NCBI GenBank assembly: GCA_050179755.1
Contig: JBFXEV010000001.1
Location: forward strand, 457,994-521,993
Direction: 5' to 3'
Length of the DNA: 64,000 bases
Origin: Candidatus Babeliales bacterium
GTDB taxonomy: Bacteria; Babelota; Babeliae; Babelales; JBFXEV01
Shown: positions 57,774 to 64,000 of the stretch, piece by piece
Layout of the letters: each line of letters opens with the position of its first letter
How positions within the stretch are numbered: position 1 is the stretch's first letter
Translations under genes and position numbers: made by a program
Notes under the pieces: model-generated
The model's input: only the letters and a program-made list of their open reading frames with translations
Databases searched by the model: none
What the model was told of the DNA's origin: nothing

Positions 57774-58772
57774 TCAGTTGCGCAGCAAAATGGCATACCA
57801 CATTGCCAGGAATAAAGTGCCCAGCGCAACAATACCCCCCCATGGCAGTATATGTAAGAATACAAGGGCTGATGCGGCACACAGCACTACCGAGAGCAAT
57901 GCAACATAGATAAGAATTTGAATCTTAGTCCATTTTTTTTGTTGTAAGTAGATAGAAAAGTGATCAGGGCTCCCATTATAAAAAGGAATTCCCTTATAGG
58001 TGCGCACCACAATAAGCGTGCCTACCTCCAAAAGTGGAATAGCAAGTATAATAAGTGGGGTTAAAAAACCATAGGGCCCATAGGTGCCCCAGTTAAACAG
58101 GAAAGGGATGACCGATAAAAAGCCGCCAATCACCAAAGAACCAGTATCTCCCAAATAAATCTGTGCTTTTGGCCTATTATACCAAAGAAAAGCAAGCAGC
58201 GATCCCAAAAAAGGGGCCAGCAGCAAGAGCACGCTCGCCTGACCGGAAATTACTGCAATAACACCAAAAGAAATTGTTGCACAAATAGCCAACGTGCTTG
58301 CAAGGCCATCCATAACATCCACCAAATTAAATGCATTTATGACCGTGGCGATCCAAAGCAACGAGAACCCCATGCTCCACCAGTTGGATAAAAAAAATGT
58401 TGTCTTGAGGTAAAATCCGGCCTTTAAAAAGCAAAACGCAACAAGCGCCTGCCCGCCGAACTTTTGATATGCTTTGAGCGGAATAAGATCATCTATAAGG
58501 CCGATAAAGAAAAGAAGAGTTAGCCCTACCACAATGAGCATCATGTGGTTGTTAAAAGGAAAGATAAAAGCCAAAGCGGTCAAAAAACCAATGTATACGG
58601 CCATGCCACCCAAGTAAGGCGTAGGTTCTTTATGGAGCTTAATCTGCCCGTCTGGCATATCCATAATATTATGCTTTTTGGCAATAAGTTGCATCAAGGG
58701 GATAAGGTAGAAAGTAATAAGAAATGAGATCAGAACACCAAACAATAGTCGAATGCCCAAAACGTATACCAT
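57774..58772 (-). CDS. MraY/WecA-family undecaprenyl-phosphate GlcNAc-1-P transferase
   Basis: KLH..PTPYLGG, GLIDD, NAFNLVDVMDGL, IYLGDTGS, DHF; multiple TM segments. Confidence 0.9.
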   Translation of the reverse strand: MVYVLGIRLLFGVLISFLITFYLIPLMQLIAKKHNIMDMPDGQIKLHKEPTPYLGGMAVYIGFLTALAFIFPFNNHMMLIVVGLTLLFFIGLIDDLIPLKAYQKFGGQALVAFCFLKAGFYLKTTFFLSNWWSMGFSLLWIATVINAFNLVDVMDGLASTLAICATISFGVIAVISGQASVLLLLAPFLGSLLAFLWYNRPKAQIYLGDTGSLVIGGFLSVIPFLFNWGTYGPYGFLTPLIILAIPLLEVGTLIVVRTYKGIPFYNGSPDHFSIYLQQKKWTKIQILIYVALLSVVLCAASALVFLHILPWGGIVALGTLFLAMWYAILLRN

Positions 58773-58852
58773 GAAGCTCCCTCTTTATGTAAAACAACAC
58801 TGTTGATCTAATGTAGTAAGTCTAAAAGGAACACAAGAATTTATCAAGTATC

Positions 58853-58886
58853 AAAAAAAAGTCGCGCCCATTGCTGAACGCGACTC
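58853..58886 (-). terminator. Terminator downstream of infB
   Basis: AGTCGCG/CGCGACT stem followed by a T run on the minus strand. Confidence 0.7.
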
Positions 58887-58911
58887 AATTAATTATCAAA
58901 AATTATAAAAT

Positions 58912-60807
58912 TTAAGAAATAGGCTTTTCAAGATAGCATTCCACACGGTCATCTACCTGAAAGCCATCAAAGCCTTCAACTAAGAAACCGCATTCATAAC
59001 CACTATGCACCTCTTTAACCGTTTTACGATCACGTTGCAAGCTCTTGATTTTACCTTCGCCCACCACTTGGCGGCCGCGGCGCACTTTTACCGTGCCATT
59101 ATTGGCAATAGTGCCTTCGTTCACAATGCAACCGGCAATAACGCCAATATTCTTAATATCAAACACACGCAATACGGTTGCTTCACCAATTTTCTTAATT
59201 TCGGTAGCAACTACCACTGGCGCTTTAACATGCACTTCTATTTCTTCAAGAAGCTTATAAATAATATCAAACAAGCGAATTGCAAGTTTATCTTTACGTG
59301 CAAGCACTGCGGCGCTTGGCTCCACTTTTACATGTAGTCCATAAATTACTGCGCCGGTGTTGGCAGCAAGCGAAATATCGCTTTCATTAATATTTCCTAC
59401 GGCTGCATGCACTATGTTAAATGACTTATCACCTTTTTTCGATAGCTTTTCAAGCGCACCGATTAATGCTTCTTTAGTTGAGTTTGTATCCGTTTTTATA
59501 ATAATATGGAACGCATCCTCATCTACTTTTTTAGGAACAAATGCTTTGGTGGAAACATCAGTTTTTAAATCACGTAATTTATCTTTTGAAACCACTTCAA
59601 AGTAATCACCGGCGTCGGGCAATTGCTCAAAGCCAGAAATTCGCACAGGCTCAGATGGGCCAATTTTCATAACGCGCTTGCCAAAAGAATCAACCATCGA
59701 GTTAACTTTACCCGTAGTTTTTCCCGCAGAAAAATGGTCGCCAACCTTCAATGTTCCTTGATGGCATAATACGGTGGCCACAACGCCACGGCCTTTTTCA
59801 AGCATTGATTCCAGCACTATGCCTGATGCTGTTTTATTAACATCGGCAGTCAGTTCCATTACATCTGCTTGAAGCAGAATCATTTCTAGAAGCTGATCAA
59901 TACCAGTACCCACTTTTGCAGAAATTGGCACCACAACTACTTGGCCGCCCCAATCTTCTGGGAGCAATTCATATTGCGCAAGATCTTGTTTTACACGCTC
60001 AATTTGAGCTGGCTGTGCTTTATCAATTTTATTTACCGCTACAATAATGGGAATCTCTGCAGACTTTGCATGTTTAATAGCTTCTACCGTTTGCGGTTTT
60101 ACGCTATCATCGGCAGCTACCACCAAAATAGCAATATCTGCAACTTTTACGCCACGCGACCTAATTTGTGAGAATGCAGCATGACCCGGAGTATCTAAAA
60201 AAACAATGTCGCCATGCTTGGTGTGTGCCTTATATGCACCAATGTGCTGCGTAATACCACCTTTTTCGCGAGCAACCACACGAGTTTTTCTAATATAATC
60301 AAGAAGCGTTGTTTTGCCATGGTCAACGTGGCCAATAACCACCACCACAGGCATTCTTTTTTCCGCACCGCCAACGTTTTTAAGTACAACTTCTTCTTTT
60401 TCTTTTGGCACTTCTTTGGATTGCTTGCTGCTTATTGTTTCTATGCCAAAATGATCTGCAAGCTCTTTTACAAGCTCTGCATCAACTACTTGGTTCATAG
60501 TATACATGCGGCCACTGCGCAACAAATGAATAATAATTTCATTTGCAGGAATATGTGTTATTTGAGCAAATTGCCCTACAGACATAGCCTCAACAATAAG
60601 GACTGGCGCTTGCACCGGCTCTTTTGCTTTAATTTTTGAAATAGGAGCTTTTTTTTCTTTTGAGCCAAACTGTTTTTGTAAAAACTTTACTGCTTCCGCA
60701 GAAAGCACAGACATATGGCTTTGGACTTCAAATCCGTGGCCTAACAGCGCATCAATAAGCTCTTTGCTACCAACATTAAGTTGTTTGGAAATTTCGTGTA
60801 CACGCAT
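58912..60807 (-). CDS. infB: Translation initiation factor IF-2
   Basis: GHVDHGKTTLLD, GGITQHIGAY, DTPGH, NKID; IF2 C-terminal domains. Confidence 0.97.
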   Translation of the reverse strand: MRVHEISKQLNVGSKELIDALLGHGFEVQSHMSVLSAEAVKFLQKQFGSKEKKAPISKIKAKEPVQAPVLIVEAMSVGQFAQITHIPANEIIIHLLRSGRMYTMNQVVDAELVKELADHFGIETISSKQSKEVPKEKEEVVLKNVGGAEKRMPVVVVIGHVDHGKTTLLDYIRKTRVVAREKGGITQHIGAYKAHTKHGDIVFLDTPGHAAFSQIRSRGVKVADIAILVVAADDSVKPQTVEAIKHAKSAEIPIIVAVNKIDKAQPAQIERVKQDLAQYELLPEDWGGQVVVVPISAKVGTGIDQLLEMILLQADVMELTADVNKTASGIVLESMLEKGRGVVATVLCHQGTLKVGDHFSAGKTTGKVNSMVDSFGKRVMKIGPSEPVRISGFEQLPDAGDYFEVVSKDKLRDLKTDVSTKAFVPKKVDEDAFHIIIKTDTNSTKEALIGALEKLSKKGDKSFNIVHAAVGNINESDISLAANTGAVIYGLHVKVEPSAAVLARKDKLAIRLFDIIYKLLEEIEVHVKAPVVVATEIKKIGEATVLRVFDIKNIGVIAGCIVNEGTIANNGTVKVRRGRQVVGEGKIKSLQRDRKTVKEVHSGYECGFLVEGFDGFQVDDRVECYLEKPIS

Positions 60808-60812
60808 AAACC

Positions 60813-61901
60813 TTATTCCTCTTCATAATGAGATTCAGAAGGCTGTGAATCTTCCTCATCAAGAACTATTTCTTGATCTGATTCAGGCTTATCAGATTGT
60901 ACAAGTTTTATTTCATAACCACTCAAACGCGAAGCAAGCGATATGTTTTGCCCACCCTTGCCAATAGCAAGTGATCGCTGATCTTCGTCAACCCATACGT
61001 TGGCCACTGAATCGCTTACAATTTCAACACGGTTAACCACTGCTGGTTTTAACGCATCAGTAATCAATTTTTCGGGAACTTCACGCCAGGCAATAATATC
61101 AATTTTCTCAGAACCAAGTTCCTTTAATACCGGCCGAATACGCACGCCACCAACACCCACACAAGTGCCTACAGGATCAATGTTTTCATCGTGAGAGATT
61201 ACCGCCACTTTTGATTTATAACCTGGAATACGCACAATTTTTTTGATTTCAACCAAGCGCTCAAACACTTCAGGAATTTCTAGTTCAAATAATTGCTCTA
61301 AAAACTCAGAAGAAGCACGATCAAGAATAAGCTGATTGTCGTGACGTGGCTCAAGAAGCACCTCTTTTAAAAGAGCGCGCACAGAAAAACCAACCACGCA
61401 TTTATCACCAGGAACAATTAATGATTTAGGCAAGAAGGCAAGGGTTTCGCCAAGCTTTACTGTCATACCATTGCGCTCGCATTTATGCACAACGCCATGC
61501 ACTATGGTGCCAACTTTGTCTTTAAATTCATCATAGACAGCTTGAGCTTCAATTGCGCGAATCTTAGTAGCAACAACTTGTTTTGCACGCAGCACGTCTA
61601 CCCGCCCTATTGGCCCAGTAAATGGCACCCAAATAGTCTCACCAGCTTGCGCCTTAGGATTTATATTACGAGCCTTACGCACGCTAATTTGAGTTTCTTC
61701 GTCTTCAACCGTAGAAACCACTTCCATCTGGACGCTTACTTCTAGCTCGTCAGTTTTTTTGTTATAGCCCACATCAAAGACAAGATCAGGATAGTGCTTT
61801 TCATAGGCAGCTTTCATGCCCTCGCAAATGATATTGCTTAAAACGGTAGAATCAAGACCTCGTTCTTCAACAAGGCTTTCAATGACTTGAGATAGTTTCA
61901 C
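60813..61901 (-). CDS. nusA: Transcription factor NusA
   Basis: S1 + KH domains; LFELEIPEV, DPVGTCVG..G.RI, SLAIGKGGQN. Confidence 0.96.
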   Translation of the reverse strand: MKLSQVIESLVEERGLDSTVLSNIICEGMKAAYEKHYPDLVFDVGYNKKTDELEVSVQMEVVSTVEDEETQISVRKARNINPKAQAGETIWVPFTGPIGRVDVLRAKQVVATKIRAIEAQAVYDEFKDKVGTIVHGVVHKCERNGMTVKLGETLAFLPKSLIVPGDKCVVGFSVRALLKEVLLEPRHDNQLILDRASSEFLEQLFELEIPEVFERLVEIKKIVRIPGYKSKVAVISHDENIDPVGTCVGVGGVRIRPVLKELGSEKIDIIAWREVPEKLITDALKPAVVNRVEIVSDSVANVWVDEDQRSLAIGKGGQNISLASRLSGYEIKLVQSDKPESDQEIVLDEEDSQPSESHYEEE

Positions 61902-62109
61902 AGTGCCCTTTATGCGTCATAAAATCGGATAAAATATAGTTTGAGTCCTTAGTGTATCAAAAAAAAGGCCAATGCGCAAAGCAATTTAGGCCCAAAAACT
62001 AGGCTCGCGCAATTCCTGGGTGCTTTGCCAGGCTCTTTTCTGACAATACCCTGCACTGCCCATAACCGTATAACCTTCAAACCTTGTTTTTTGGTTTTTT
62101 GAAAAAATG

Positions 62110-62445
62110 GAAAACTATTAATCATTATAATTTAATAGTTATATATTTATATAATTAGTAGTAATAGGTATGTGGAAAGATGTGGATAACTCGGCGGCAA
62201 AACGCTGTATTGTGTGATCTGGAGCAGATTTCTTTTTAAAAAAGTTATGTGGATAACCTGTGGATAACTATGTGGATAAATTGTGGATAACTTTCGATCT
62301 TGCTTGAAATGGTGCATGAATAGAGGCGTTTCAGCGTGCCCCTTGGGATAGCGCCTTCTGGAGCCATTATTGTTAGAGTGGGGTAAAGTTATCCACATCT
62401 TTCCACATAGTTATCCACAGGTTATCCACATAGTTATCCACAATT
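62110..62445. other. Replication origin oriC (DnaA boxes, DnaA-trios, AT-rich DUE)
   Basis: TGTGGATAA at 62181, 62248, 62259, 62271, 62282; TTATCCACA at 62389, 62411, 62422, 62434; AT-rich tract and TAGTAGTAATAG at ~62115-62168. Confidence 0.9.
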
Positions 62446-62476
62446 TCTATGTGTATTTATGCACAGCAGAACGGTG

Positions 62477-63064
62477 TTATTTAGCGGGAAGTTTTTTTGC
62501 AATGTTGGCGGCTGATATTATGTCAACATACAACAAATCTCGTGCCTTGGGATTTCTGAGAATATAGGCTGGATGGAATGTTGGCAGTAGATCGATGCCA
62601 AGAACCTGGTGTAGTTTGCCGCGATATGAGCTAATGGGGTCCTTTTTTTCAAGGAGCGCTTCATAGGGAGTTGCCCCTAAGGTGATGATTATAGAAGGTT
62701 GTATGATCTTAATTTGATTGAATAATAATAGGTTTTTGCACGTTCCTGATTCTATGGGCTTAGGTTTTCTGTTTTTTGGTGGTCTGCATTTGACTACGTT
62801 GGTAATAAAGACGTCTTCTCGATTTATGCCTGCGACCTTGAGGCCTTCATCAAGCACTTTGCCTGCTCTTCCTATAAAAGGCTTGCCGCCTTCATCTTCA
62901 TTTTTCCCTGGCGCTTCACCAATTATCATTATGCGCGCATCTGGGTTGCCATCACCAAACACCACCGTAGTGCGCCCGAGTGTGCCGAGTGGGCATTCTA
63001 CACAGTTGAGATAAGGTTCATATAATTTGTTGAGAAGATATTGTTTAAATTGTTTTATATCCAT
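62477..63064 (-). CDS. Uracil-DNA glycosylase family 4
   Basis: C..C.L..R..VFG.G, GEAPG..ED..GKPFIGRAG, NVVKCRPP.NR.P, FHPAYILRN. Confidence 0.93.
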   Translation of the reverse strand: MDIKQFKQYLLNKLYEPYLNCVECPLGTLGRTTVVFGDGNPDARIMIIGEAPGKNEDEGGKPFIGRAGKVLDEGLKVAGINREDVFITNVVKCRPPKNRKPKPIESGTCKNLLLFNQIKIIQPSIIITLGATPYEALLEKKDPISSYRGKLHQVLGIDLLPTFHPAYILRNPKARDLLYVDIISAANIAKKLPAK

Positions 63065-63169
63065 AATTATTATAATAATGAAATCAATTGTAAAAAACAA
63101 TTATAAACCAATCGATTAATTGGTGCAAAAGTAGGCATTTACACAGCTATCAGGAATTAGTCGTGAGCG

Positions 63170-64000
63170 TTAACACTGTGGGTCTGATTTAGTATTCTTA
63201 GAAAGTCTATGTAAAATGTGATACATAATTTCTTTTCTTGCAGCAACAGGCAGTGATCGCCATGTCATTGTTAATTCATTTTGGTGAAGTTTAAACTGAC
63301 TGGCAATTTGTTCAAATAAGCTTTCCATGCTATGGAATTTTTGTGGTTGTTTTGGCAACTTACTATATTTATCAAGAATGAGAAAAAGCAAAACTTGCTT
63401 AAGGATTAAATGGTGTTGCAACCATAGAGAGGCGGTTTTGTCACCTGAAGCTGTGGCTACCAGTGCTCCTTGTGGGTTGAATGCAACGGAATTGACTGCT
63501 CCACTATGCTGCAAGGTGTGTAACTTATTGCCATTGGCAGCATCCCATAAGCAAGTGGTGTTGTCACTTGAAGCTGTGGCTACCATTGTACCTTGTGGGT
63601 TGAATGCAACGGAATTGATTGCTCGACTATGATGCAAAGTGCGCAATTTATTGCCATTGGCAGCATCCCATAAACAAGCGGTGTTATCATTTGAAGCTGT
63701 GGCTACTATTGTTCCTTGTGGATTAATTGCAACTGAGTTGATCCAATCAGTATGATGCAAAGTACGCAATTTATTGCCATTGGCAGCATCCCATAAACAA
63801 GCGGTGTTATCATCTGAAGCTGTGGCTACTATTGTTCCTTGCGGGTTGAATGCAATTGACCTGACCCAATCAGTATGCTGCAAGGTGTGTAACTTATTGC
63901 CATTGGCAGCATCCCATAAACAAGCGGTGTTATCATTTGAAGCTGTGGCTACCATTGTTCCTTGTGGATTAATTGCAACTGAGATGATCCAATTAGCATG
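63170..64000 (-). CDS. WD40-repeat protein (5' end outside window)
   Basis: Near-identical 41-aa repeats ATASxDNTACLWDAANGNKL; C-terminal LKQVLL..WRSLP tail like the 9-15 kb family. Confidence 0.92.
   Translation of the reverse strand, partial: HANWIISVAINPQGTMVATASNDNTACLWDAANGNKLHTLQHTDWVRSIAFNPQGTIVATASDDNTACLWDAANGNKLRTLHHTDWINSVAINPQGTIVATASNDNTACLWDAANGNKLRTLHHSRAINSVAFNPQGTMVATASSDNTTCLWDAANGNKLHTLQHSGAVNSVAFNPQGALVATASGDKTASLWLQHHLILKQVLLFLILDKYSKLPKQPQKFHSMESLFEQIASQFKLHQNELTMTWRSLPVAARKEIMYHILHRLSKNTKSDPQC

Noticed and set aside
62171..62442. CRISPR or iteron repeats
   Set aside because: The repeats are exact 9-mer DnaA boxes with 1-3 nt gaps; better explained as oriC.
62147..62567. 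Small ORFs with HSYPQVIH repeats
   Set aside because: They are translations of the DnaA-box clusters.

Overview
AT-rich bacterial chromosome segment. Gene content points to an obligate intracellular parasite of protists, most likely phylum Dependentiae (Babelota/TM6); this is an inference from the many Sec-signal ankyrin, WD40, LRR and RING proteins. Housekeeping genes: uvrC, clpB, tpiA, secG, mlaE, mlaF, a MoxR ATPase, eno, aspS, a PhrB-type photolyase, nfo, a MraY/WecA transferase, infB, nusA and a family-4 UDG. A partial type II secretion locus has gspC, gspD, gspL, gspM and a second gspD. There is a HigBA-type toxin-antitoxin pair and a strong oriC candidate at ~62.1-62.45 kb, not next to dnaA. 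Main findings: (1) about 20 putative effector genes place a Met immediately after the predicted signal-peptidase site, while the secretins and the outer-membrane protein do not. (2) Three modular proteins have signal peptide + mitochondrial-presequence-like segment + hydrophobic stretch, with swappable C-terminal domains. (3) A RING protein carries two PSAP (ESCRT late-domain-like) motifs. (4) Ankyrin and WD40 families share F-box/SOCS-like tails. (5) REP/RPE-like palindromes sit in-frame inside a gene. (6) One gene has a candidate -1 frameshift. All annotations come from reading the sequence; no database searches were run.
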